Below are positions 16,691 to 26,300 of a stretch of 42,968 nucleotides of DNA, one piece after another. The position numbers were made by a program, and so were the translations under genes. Below the pieces are notes generated by a model. It was not told where the DNA came from and did no database searches. It was given only the letters and a program-made list of their open reading frames with translations. The stretch is from Thermoplasmata archaeon (GTDB lineage Archaea; Thermoplasmatota; Thermoplasmata; UBA10834): contig JBASRQ010000071.1 of the NCBI GenBank assembly GCA_049273895.1, forward strand, positions 1 to 42,968. Reading direction: 5' to 3'. The first letter of the stretch is position 1; every line of letters starts with the position of its first letter.

Positions 16691-18669
16691 TGAGCAGCAG
16701 GTCTGTCAGCACCCGGCATTGTCGGCGCTGGAGTCGAAGGACGCTTTGCCGCGACCAGAGCTGCGAGCTTCTTGAGCAGGCCTTCCTTGCGCGCACCAAC
16801 GAGGGCGTGCGACAGAACATCGTTGAGCGTCCGAACGGGTATGACCTCTATCTTGCCCAGGTACTTGTCCTCAAGAAGGACGTCCTTCAGATTCTCTTCC
16901 GGAATCAGGACTTTCTTCAGGCCGATCTCTGCTGCAGCCTCGATCTTGGCCGTTACTCCGCCAACGGGCAACACCTGACCGCGCACGCTCAGGCTACCGG
17001 TCATCGCGCATGTCTGGTCCACCTCGATCTCTTCGAATGCCGATATCACGGCGGTGGCAACCGCGATTGACGCACTGTCTCCTTCGATGCCCTCGTAAGT
17101 CCCGATGAACTGAACATGTATGTCGTGGTTGCTGATGTCCTCACCCGTGTACTTCTTGATGAGGGCAGAGACGTTCTGGACAGACTCCTTGGCAATCTCC
17201 CCGAGCTTGCCCGTGGCGATGATCTTGCCACCCTCTTTTGCCTGTGGGGGTGTGACCTCGGCGACTATGGGCGTGACAATGCCTGAGAATTCGGCCATGG
17301 AAGATTCCGCATTTAGGACCGCGAGACCGTTGACGATGCCGACAACAGCGCCTTCTGTAAGCGATATCTTGTAGTCCTTTCTGCGCTCGACCGCGCGGTC
17401 CGTGACCTGCTGCTCCAGTGACCTTGCGATTTTCTTTGCCTCAAGGACATGCTTGGTGTCGACCTCGGATGCGCCCTTCTCAGTGGCGATATCGCCCGCC
17501 ACCCTGATGAGCCCGCCGAGCTCCCTCAGCCTCAAAGTGAGCATGCCCCTTCTTCCGGCCCTTCTCTGTGCCTCTCTGATGATCTCCGCCACAGCACCTT
17601 TGTTGAAGTGCGGGATCTTCTTGTCCTTCGAGACTTCCTGGGCGACGAACCTTATCAGCTTCTCGCGGTTCATGTCGGTGTCGGGCATGGTGCTCCTCAT
17701 GTAGATCTCGTACCCGTAGCCTCTGATCCTTGATCTGAGCGCGGGATGCATTCCAGCAACGGCATCCAGGTTCCCTGCGGCCACTAGAATGAAGTCACAA
17801 GGCACAGGTTCGCTCTTCACCATCGCCCCTGAGCTCCTCTCGCTCTGACCTAGAATGCTGAACTCGCCCTCCTGAAGTGCGGTGAGAAGGCTCTGCTGAC
17901 TCTCTATCCGGAGCATATTGATCTCGTCGATGAAAAGCACGCCTTTGTTCGCTTTGTGAATCGCCCCTGGCTCGAGCCGCTCGTGTGCAGGTGTCTCCAG
18001 ACCTCCGCTCTGGAAGGGGTCGTGCTTGACATCGCCAAGCAGTGCGCCCGCATGCGCGCCCGTGGCATCTATGAACGGTGGCGGCTCGTCAAGCTTGTGT
18101 GTGACGATGAGCTTCGGCACTAGCGAAGCCTCTCTCCTTTGAGTGTAGGACCTCGCCAAGAAGTAGATGACCAATCCGCCAATCGCGGTGATCAGGAGCG
18201 GAGTCGAATTCCCCTGCTGCCATGAGAGGATCGCTCCCAATATGATGAACATGACAATCAACATCATCCACGACGAGTTCTTCTGAGCCTTCTTCTGCTC
18301 GGCCTCGAGTTTCTGGGCCTGGACGATCTCCTTACCCTTGCCTGCGGGGACTATCCTGATTCTCGGCTCGTTCTGGTCATCGGGATTGTTGTACGCGACG
18401 ACATCCTGAAGCTCTCCCTTTGGAAGGAAGTCCGTCATCGACCTCGCGAGCATGGACTTGCCCGTTCCGGGATCACCGATCAGAATAAGGTGCCTCTTCT
18501 GCTCGGCAGCCTTCCTGATGACGAGGACGGCCTCGTCCTGTCCGATTACCTGGTCGACCAGCTGCGGCGGTATCTTGACATCTGCAGTGGTCTCGAACTT
18601 CTGAGGCCTGATCCATTCCTCAATGTCGGAGAGCCCCACCGTCGAACTCCAAGAATCACCAGTCACCAT
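16687..18669 (-). CDS. lonB: Archaeal membrane-anchored Lon protease (LonB)
   Basis: Walker [12 protein letters not shown], two hydrophobic segments inserted in the AAA+ module ([17 protein letters not shown] / [15 protein letters not shown]), Walker B LFIDEI and the protease Ser motif [13 protein letters not shown]. Confidence 0.95.
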   Translation of the reverse strand: MVTGDSWSSTVGLSDIEEWIRPQKFETTADVKIPPQLVDQVIGQDEAVLVIRKAAEQKRHLILIGDPGTGKSMLARSMTDFLPKGELQDVVAYNNPDDQNEPRIRIVPAGKGKEIVQAQKLEAEQKKAQKNSSWMMLIVMFIILGAILSWQQGNSTPLLITAIGGLVIYFLARSYTQRREASLVPKLIVTHKLDEPPPFIDATGAHAGALLGDVKHDPFQSGGLETPAHERLEPGAIHKANKGVLFIDEINMLRIESQQSLLTALQEGEFSILGQSERSSGAMVKSEPVPCDFILVAAGNLDAVAGMHPALRSRIRGYGYEIYMRSTMPDTDMNREKLIRFVAQEVSKDKKIPHFNKGAVAEIIREAQRRAGRRGMLTLRLRELGGLIRVAGDIATEKGASEVDTKHVLEAKKIARSLEQQVTDRAVERRKDYKISLTEGAVVGIVNGLAVLNAESSMAEFSGIVTPIVAEVTPPQAKEGGKIIATGKLGEIAKESVQNVSALIKKYTGEDISNHDIHVQFIGTYEGIEGDSASIAVATAVISAFEEIEVDQTCAMTGSLSVRGQVLPVGGVTAKIEAAAEIGLKKVLIPEENLKDVLLEDKYLGKIEVIPVRTLNDVLSHALVGARKEGLLKKLAALVAAKRPSTPAPTMPGADRPAAH

Positions 18670-18883
18670 TAGTTACACCAGTAACATTCACGGATGCGAC
18701 TGTCAGAGCTATTAACCCTGGTGCTAAATAAGGATTGCGCCGCCAACAAGCACCGCTGTTAGAGAGGCCAGTGTGCCCAACACCGTCTCGAGAAAGAGCC
18801 GTCTCTGAGTTCCTTCGAACGCCCTGACGAACAAGTATTAGGAAGAGGGGCATCCATACGGCGCTGGCGCTCTGAGGACTGCA

Positions 18884-21055
18884 ATGAGGATCGACGATTT
18901 GGGCCTGGATCCACGCATAGCGAGGAAGCTGACAGAGGACGGAATCGAAGAGCTCTATCCGCCTCAGGAGAAAGCGATCGGACCCGCTTTGGAGGGAAGG
19001 AACGTCGTTCTCGCTATCCCCACAGCTTCCGGCAAAAGCCTGATTGCATACTTAGCTATGCTCCAGGCAGTTCTCAGGGGAGGGAAGGCATTATACATCG
19101 TTCCGCTGAAGGCCCTAGCATCCGAGAAATTCGAGGACCTCGTGAAGTTCGAAGAACTTGGCATCAGGATCGGCGAATCGACGGGTGACTACGATGAGGT
19201 GGATCCGAAACTGCACAGGTACGACATCGTCGTGGCAACTTCCGAGAAGGCCGATTCGCTTCTTAGGCACAGATCGAAGTGGCTTGACCAGCTTTCGGTC
19301 GTCGTCGCAGATGAGGTTCACCTAATCAATGATCCCGAAAGGGGTCCCACGCTCGAAGTGACCCTGGTCAAGTTCAGGACCTTCAACCCGAACGCGCAGA
19401 TCATCGCCCTTTCAGCCACAATAAGGAACTCGCGCGAACTGGCCGATTGGCTCGGTGCCACCCTAGTCGAGAGCGAGTGGAGACCCGTTCCGCTGAGAGA
19501 GGGCGTGTTCTCCGATGGGCACATCTTCTTCACTGACAACTCGAAGAGGAGCGTCCCAGATGAAGGCGAGCCGATTCACAGCCTCGTGAAGTACGCGCTG
19601 TCCTCGGGAGGCCAATGCCTCATATTCGTGAACACTCGGAAATCAAGTGAGTCGCTCGCAAATGAACTCGCCGGCGTAGTGAAGGCATCGGAAGGATACC
19701 GAGCGGACGAGCTTTCGAAGTTGGCAAGGCGTCTTGTCGGCGAGCAGGAGGAGCCCACGACGATGGGCAACAAACTCGGACGGAATCTGAGGAACGGCTG
19801 CGCTTTCCATCATGCGGGACTCACCAGTGCCCAGAGGAGACTCGTCGAATCGAGTTTCAGGAAGGGCCTGCTGAGATGCATCGTCGCAACGCCCACACTG
19901 GCCGCCGGAATAAACCTCCCTGCAAGGACCGTGCTCGTGAGGGATGTCCGACGGTTCGACTCCAACATCGGATACACGACCATACCGGTGCTCGAGGTGA
20001 AGCAGATGTGCGGAAGGGCGGGAAGACCGAGGTTCGACACTTACGGCGAGGCCATACTCGTCGCAAAGAACGAGGAGGAGAAGGACATGTTGCTGGAGAC
20101 ATACCTTCTCGGCGAGAACGAGAACATCTTCTCGAAGCTCGGCAGTGAACCGGCGATACGATCGCACGTTCTGGCGCTCATTGCCACAAAGGCGGCCTCA
20201 TCCCTTGACGAGCTCAAGGCGTTCTTCGAAAAGACCTTTCTATCGCACCAGGCAGACGCCACCTACCTCAATGACATGATTGCGGATGTCGTGGAGTTCC
20301 TGGCAAAGGAGGGGATGGTCCATGATGAGGAACCTCTCAGGGCAACGCTCTTTGGGAGATGTGTCAGCGATCTCTATATCGACCCTCAGTCCGCGACAAT
20401 CATCAGGGACGCTCTTGCGAAGTACGCACCAGGGAAGACCTTTGGCTTGCTCCACGCGATCTGCGCGATCCCGGACATGCAGCTCCTCTATCTGCGCCAA
20501 TCTGACTACTCGTGGATCGAGGATTTCGAGGGTGAGATGAACCCCCAACTTCTGATTGCTTCTCCATCTGACCTTGCAAAATACGAGATATTCCTTGCGG
20601 AGATCAAGACAGCAAAGATGGTCAGCGATTGGGTCTCGGAGATCCACGAGAACGATATCGCTCACGCCTTCAATGTAGGTCCAGGCGACATAAGAAACAA
20701 GATGGAAATTGCGGAATGGCTCATCCACGCAACGGCGCGTCTGGCCGAGCTGTTCAACAAGGACGCAGTGACCGATGTCAGGGAGCTCAGAACTCGCATA
20801 AGATACGGCATCAAACCCGAGCTTCTGGAGCTAGTCAAACTCAGCGGTGTAGGAAGGGTCCGAGCGAGGGCGCTGTTCGACAGGGGAATCAGGCGCATCG
20901 AAGATCTCAGGTTTACGAGCTACGACAGGCTCAAGCAGATACCAACCATCGGCGAGGCCGTGGCCAGATCTATCAAGAAACAGCTGGGCCAGACAGAGCC
21001 AGGGATGCCTGTTGAAGTCGACGAGGAGCAGAGATCCCTGAAAGACTATCGATAG
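18884..21055 (+). CDS. hel308: Hel308/Ski2-like ATP-dependent DNA helicase
   Basis: AIPTASGKS (motif I), DEVH (motif II), SAT, a HHAGL region, QMCGRAGRP (motif VI) and a C-terminal helix-hairpin-helix-like tail. Confidence 0.9.
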   Translation: MRIDDLGLDPRIARKLTEDGIEELYPPQEKAIGPALEGRNVVLAIPTASGKSLIAYLAMLQAVLRGGKALYIVPLKALASEKFEDLVKFEELGIRIGESTGDYDEVDPKLHRYDIVVATSEKADSLLRHRSKWLDQLSVVVADEVHLINDPERGPTLEVTLVKFRTFNPNAQIIALSATIRNSRELADWLGATLVESEWRPVPLREGVFSDGHIFFTDNSKRSVPDEGEPIHSLVKYALSSGGQCLIFVNTRKSSESLANELAGVVKASEGYRADELSKLARRLVGEQEEPTTMGNKLGRNLRNGCAFHHAGLTSAQRRLVESSFRKGLLRCIVATPTLAAGINLPARTVLVRDVRRFDSNIGYTTIPVLEVKQMCGRAGRPRFDTYGEAILVAKNEEEKDMLLETYLLGENENIFSKLGSEPAIRSHVLALIATKAASSLDELKAFFEKTFLSHQADATYLNDMIADVVEFLAKEGMVHDEEPLRATLFGRCVSDLYIDPQSATIIRDALAKYAPGKTFGLLHAICAIPDMQLLYLRQSDYSWIEDFEGEMNPQLLIASPSDLAKYEIFLAEIKTAKMVSDWVSEIHENDIAHAFNVGPGDIRNKMEIAEWLIHATARLAELFNKDAVTDVRELRTRIRYGIKPELLELVKLSGVGRVRARALFDRGIRRIEDLRFTSYDRLKQIPTIGEAVARSIKKQLGQTEPGMPVEVDEEQRSLKDYR

Positions 21056-21068
21056 TACTTAATCTGAT

Positions 21069-21608
21069 ATGCAGATTGGTCGAGAGAGCACGATGACGGA
21101 CATAGCGGAGAAGGCCACCAAGGATCTGAAAGCATGGACGGTCCATACGAAGAGGGGTCATGCGAAGACCATCATGGAGGAAATCCTTGCAGGCAACTCC
21201 TCGTCGGACACGCAGGTGCTCGTCACGAGGGCGGACGCGGTCTTCGGGATGGATCACCTTCGGAGCGCACTCTATCATGCAAAACGAGCAATTGAGCAGG
21301 GCACAAATTCCTCCGACTCATTAGCAATGGAGACTCTATTGTATGCCTCGGCCGAGAGGCAGCTGAGCACGGCGATAAAGAAGATGTCGGTGAACGCTCA
21401 AACGGAGGAACTCGTCGTGGCACAGCTCGCGGGACACCCGATCGAACCTGAAGAAGACTGGCGCAAGCTAGACGACGCAACGGGTCTCATGGCAGATCGA
21501 TTGCTTCGGTTCGGCTTAACGAAGACAGAGCTCGCGACCATTGAGAGGAGATCCCCCTTGGAGCTAGTCCTGGAGAAGGTCGCCGCGGTCGACATACTGA
21601 AGAAATAG
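21069..21608 (+). CDS. cgi121: KEOPS complex subunit Cgi121
   Basis: ...HLRSALYHAKRAIEQGTNSSDSLAMETLLYASAERQLSTAIKKM... and the C-terminal LELVLEKVAAVDILKK align well by eye with archaeal Cgi121 (ILVRASGQRQIHEAIK ... VLEKIALIELKK). The start may instead be ATG 21093. Confidence 0.7.
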   Translation: MQIGRESTMTDIAEKATKDLKAWTVHTKRGHAKTIMEEILAGNSSSDTQVLVTRADAVFGMDHLRSALYHAKRAIEQGTNSSDSLAMETLLYASAERQLSTAIKKMSVNAQTEELVVAQLAGHPIEPEEDWRKLDDATGLMADRLLRFGLTKTELATIERRSPLELVLEKVAAVDILKK

Positions 21609-21662
21609 GACAGATGGGTTCTTTCGCGGTCTCGGATATAGGTATAATTAGAAGCTAAGACG

Positions 21663-22586
21663 ATGCCCGTGACCGGTCCGACCTCGATGGCTGCAGTAGT
21701 GGAATGCGTACCCAATTTCAGCGAGGGACGGCAGAAGGAGGTAGTTGACAGGATCGTCTACTCGATTCGATCTGTCCCTGGAATAAAGGTTCTCAACGTC
21801 GAGATGGACCCCGATCACAACAGATCGGTCGTGACATTCACGGGAAACCGTGAGAACGTCCAGGAGGGCGCCTTCAGGGGAGCTAGGGCGGCATCCGAGC
21901 TCATCGACCTCAACAAGCACAAGGGACAGCACCCTCGCATGGGAGCTCTGGACGTGCTGCCTTTCGTGCCCATATCTGGGGTCACCTTGGAGGACTGCGT
22001 GGAGATCGCCAACAAGGTTGGTGCGAGAATCGCCAAGGAGCTCAAGATTCCGGTCTATCTCTATGAATCGGCCGCGAAGAAACCGGAGCGAGCGAACCTC
22101 GAGAACGTCCGTCGTGGGGAATTCGAGGGGCTGAAGGAGGCCATCCTCACGGACGAATCGAAGTATCCCGATTACGGGCCTCGGATGCTGCACCCGACCG
22201 CCGGGGCTGTGGCCGTTGGCGCGAGAATGCCATTGATCGCATTCAACGTGAATCTCAAATCGACCGATGTCAAGATTGCCAAGGAAATAGCTAAGAAGAT
22301 CAGGGCCAGCAACGGAGGCCTCCCGAAAGTCAAAGCTCTCGGGTTCGCGCTAGAGGCGAGAGGGATGGTTCAGATCTCGATGAACCTCACAGACTACAAG
22401 GTCACCCCGATAACAAAGGTTTTCGAGGCGATTGCCAAAGAGGCCGACGAAAAGGGCGTCGAAATCGCGGAGAGCGAAATCATTGGACTGGTGCCGCTGG
22501 ATGCGGTGTGCGACCTCGCGGCCAAGTATCTGAAGATCGGTCAATTCAGCAGCGACCAGGTTTTGGAGAGGAGAATTTGGGGTTGA
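21663..22586 (+). CDS. Glutamate formimidoyltransferase (FtcD N-terminal-type)
   Basis: VECVPNFSEGRQKEVVDRIV..., HPRMGALDVLPFVP and the IAFNVNL motif are typical of the formiminotransferase domain. Confidence 0.9.
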   Translation: MPVTGPTSMAAVVECVPNFSEGRQKEVVDRIVYSIRSVPGIKVLNVEMDPDHNRSVVTFTGNRENVQEGAFRGARAASELIDLNKHKGQHPRMGALDVLPFVPISGVTLEDCVEIANKVGARIAKELKIPVYLYESAAKKPERANLENVRRGEFEGLKEAILTDESKYPDYGPRMLHPTAGAVAVGARMPLIAFNVNLKSTDVKIAKEIAKKIRASNGGLPKVKALGFALEARGMVQISMNLTDYKVTPITKVFEAIAKEADEKGVEIAESEIIGLVPLDAVCDLAAKYLKIGQFSSDQVLERRIWG

Positions 22587-23206
22587 GAAACCTCGAGGCT
22601 CTGCGTTCGCTCTGCCTCGAGCTGTCGTCAGATGCGCCTTCGCCAGGTGGGGGGACCGCATCAGCTGCTGCAGGCGCAATGGCGGCTTCGCTTCTGGCGA
22701 TGGTCTGTGGGATAACTGCAAAGAGCAAGCGCCATGAGCCGAACAGGGAGAGACTCGACGCGCTCAAGGTCCATCTGTCTGCAATGAGAGACGAACTCGT
22801 GGATCTCGCCAAAGAAGACGCGCGCGCGTACGACCTCGTTGTCGAAGCGTTCAGGAAGAGCAGAGAGCACGAAAGCAAGGAGAGCGTCATGGCCGTCCAG
22901 GACGCGCTCAGGTTCGCAGCGGAGATCCCGATGAAGACCGCCGGCATGTGCGTCGACGTCCTGGAGGCCTCGGTTGGCGTGGCAGAACTCGGGAAACGAA
23001 GCGCTGCGTCGGACGTCGGCGTCGCAATCCTGTTGGCTGAGGCGGGATTCAAGGGCGCATCGATGAACGTCAGGACCAACCTCAGAGACCTCCAAGACTC
23101 GACGTTTGTCAAGTCGGCCGGAGGGAAGCTTGCTTCTTACGACAAACGTGTGAAGGATCTCACGAGCGATGCTCTGGGAAGGCTCGGGAACGTGGCAGAA
23201 GATTGA
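22583..23206 (+). CDS. Formiminotetrahydrofolate cyclodeaminase / methenyl-THF cyclohydrolase family
   Basis: The SSDAPSPGGGTASAAAGAMAASLLAMVCGIT signature. The most likely start is TTG 22583, overlapping the upstream stop (TTGA). TTG 22577 is also possible. The ORF-track start at 22508 lies inside the upstream gene. Confidence 0.8.
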   Translation: MRNLEALRSLCLELSSDAPSPGGGTASAAAGAMAASLLAMVCGITAKSKRHEPNRERLDALKVHLSAMRDELVDLAKEDARAYDLVVEAFRKSREHESKESVMAVQDALRFAAEIPMKTAGMCVDVLEASVGVAELGKRSAASDVGVAILLAEAGFKGASMNVRTNLRDLQDSTFVKSAGGKLASYDKRVKDLTSDALGRLGNVAED

Positions 23207-23350
23207 CGCCTCCGCGTGCTCTGGACGATTCTATCAATTCTGATACACATAACGATACATTTATATGAGCATAGTAAAATGATAACTCGTCACAATCCTG
23301 TCAGTAGCCCATTGGGTTCAGAGCTATCGACAGGCGGAGCTTGGTGAGTC

Positions 23351-26300
23351 TTGGCAGGCAGTTACCTCAAGCAACTCCAACTAGCTAAGCAGCTAGAAGA
23401 GAAGACAAAAGAAGCGCAGAAGAACAGAGACCTCGCCGAGAAAGAAAACGATGCCCTTGAGAAGTTCCTGAAATTCTGCAAAGAGAGCAATGTAGACATC
23501 TCGTCAGTCGAAAAGCCCCAGCGAGATTTCGAGAGCTCGATGGCAGCCAAGGACTATCAGGCAGCTCTGGCACATGTCAGGAAGGCCCAGGAAGAGGCGA
23601 AAGCCGCCTACATGCGCAACATTGGAGAGGTGGGGGATTCAGTCGAGGCCATTCTAACGCTCGTTCAGGGTTCGGGAAGCGAGTCGAAGAGTGCTCGAGA
23701 GCTCTTGGAAAAAAGCAAAGAACGGGCACTGAACGACGACCTCGAGAGCGCAATGAAACTGGCCAGAGACGCCTACGATGCCTCGGAAAGAACGCTTCAC
23801 GAGGTATTCTCCCAGTTATTCTCTCAGGCCCAGGAGACGGTCATGCAGGCCAAGGAGATTGGCGACGACGTCAGCATCTTTGAGGACGGTTTGTCCAGGG
23901 CGAAGGCTGCGCTGCAAGCGCAAGAATACGAAGCATGCATGACCCAGATCAAGGAAGTGCTCGATGGAGCTGAAGAGGATCTGAAAGCACAGGTCACCGC
24001 CGTGATATCCCGCGCAGATGAGCTCATGTCGGCCAGCCAAGACTTGGGCGCAGACATGTCCCGGGTTAAGGCGCATTCCGAGAAAGCGGTCGCTGCACTC
24101 ACCGCCATGAAATTCAAAGAGGCGCTCTCGTATGCCAAGAAGGCGGAGGCGGAGGGAGAGGGCGCCATCTCCGCTAGGTTCCAGGAAAGGGTCAGGGAGA
24201 CAAGAGAGAGCATCAGGAAAATGAAGAACGCGAAGGAGTACGCCGCGGTTCCTCAGCAGCTACTGGATCAAGCTCTCAGCGCCCTCAAGGAGAAGAAGTA
24301 CATTGAGGCCCTTCACGCAATCAATAGCGCTCATGAGTTCGTCCACAAAGCGGAGTTCGAATCCGTTCTAGAAGTCATTTCTCAGGCCCGGGACCGATTT
24401 GTTCTCGCGAAGAAAGTCGGCGTCGACATGACCAAGGCGATCATGCTTCTGAACACTTCCCGGGACAACTTGAAGCTCGGCAAATTCGACGACGCAATCC
24501 GATATGCGGAGCAGAGCCGGAAGGAAATTGACAGTGCCCTCGAGATGTTTTACAAGGCGAGAGACAATGTCGTCGAGCTGGCAAAGGCGGTCAAGTTCGC
24601 TGCTGACCTAGGCGCGGACACGAGCGAAGTCAAAAACACTTTAACTGATGCCAGGAAGTTCTTCGAGCAGCAAGATTACGGCAAGACCGCCGAGGTGACA
24701 AAGCGCGGCCTTGACGAAGTGAAGAAGCTCACATATGACCGCACCATGGAGGCAATCAACGCCTCGGACAACTCCGTCAAGCTGGGCAAGGAGATTGGCG
24801 CGGACATGACCGAGGCGGAGGGAATGTTGCAGAGGGCGATGGACAGCCTCGGCAAGGACAACATGATGGATAGCGTCGGCCTCGCGAAGTCCAGCAAGGA
24901 AGCCGCAAATGCGGCAATGACGAGAGTCATGAGCGACAAGCTCCAGAGCATCGATCAATTCGTGAAAGGGTATCCTGGTGAGTCAAACTTGGCAGAGGTC
25001 GGAGAGACAATCACACAGGCAAGACAGTATGTTGCCTCATACGAATTTGATAAGGCGCAAGGTCTCATCAAGCAAGTGACGCACAGGATAGAAACGATCG
25101 GTCAGGTGGAGTGCGACAGACTTATCGCTTCTGCGACCTCGAGAATCAATGCAGTCAAATCGATGGAGGGGGATGCATCCGATCTCGAGATCCTTCTCAC
25201 CCGCGCAAACGAGGCGTTGTCCAAGAAGATCTATGAGGATGCCACGGCGAGGGCGAGGGAGATCATCCAGAACGCCGACGATATGATGACCAAACTGGTC
25301 CAGACCGAGTTCTCATCCGTCAAGGACAGCCTCGAGGAAGCGAAGACCATCGGGATCGACGTCGAGGATGCTAAGACCCAACTCAAGGAGGCCAGGACTA
25401 AGGCCGAGGGGCAGGATTTCAGCGCGGCGTTCAAAATCGTGAGAAATGCGAAAACCGCCCTCCTTCAGAGAATCACCCGATACGATGGAATCAAGGGCAA
25501 GGTCCGAAAAACGGAGGAGCTCATCTCGGAGGCTGGCCGGACCAAGACCGATCTCACGGCGGCAGTCCGTAAGCTGGACGCCGCGAGAAACGCGTTCTCG
25601 ACAGGCCAGCTAGACGAAGCAGAGAGGCTCCTCGACGAGGTGATGGCGGAGACTGAGAAGAACCTCGGCATGTATCTCGCAGCCAAGTTCATCTTAAGCT
25701 CAAAGGAGAGCATCGAGCTCGCCCAGACCTACGGGATCGACGTCGAGCCTGCGGTCAGGCTTCTCAGCAGGGCAAAGGAGATGATGAAGTCCAAGAGCTA
25801 CGACGAGGCCCTGACAGCTGCCAAGCAATGCGATGAAGACGCGCGGAAGACCATCACGAAGAACATAGCAGAAATGACAAAGGACCTCCAAAGGCTCTTG
25901 ACAGATGCGAGGAACGTGGGCGTCGACACAGTCGGACCCGAGAAGCTCGCAGAGAAGGCTAGAGAGCTAGCAAGGGCCGGTGACTATGTCGAGTCGCTCC
26001 GGTGCATCGCCTCCGCGAAGGAGGACATCAACCATGTCAAGAACCTCAGCTCCCAGGCAGCTCTCGAGATAAGGGTCGCCAGGAATAACCTGAAGGATGC
26101 GGAGACCCTCGACATGGACGTGGGAAAGGCAAGGGAGTTCTTGGAGCAGGCCATCGAGGGCCTTACTAGGCATCAATATGCCATCGCTCTCGAGCTTGCC
26201 AAGAAATCGTCCGAGGCATCTTCCGAGGTGACGAGGACCCGCATATGGGACACCCTTGAGAAGTTCAAGGGAAGACTGGAGAAGTCCGCGGCCGAGGGCT

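Noticed and set aside
18670-18883. Possible small RNA or ORF in the lonB/hel308 divergent region (65-aa ORF; direct CCGTCTC-N9-CCGTCTC; GTTAC-acca-GTAAC)
   Set aside because: The ORF is hydrophobic, Arg-rich and unsupported. The short repeats are within chance expectation for a 214-nt promoter region, and I cannot fold a recognisable RNA.
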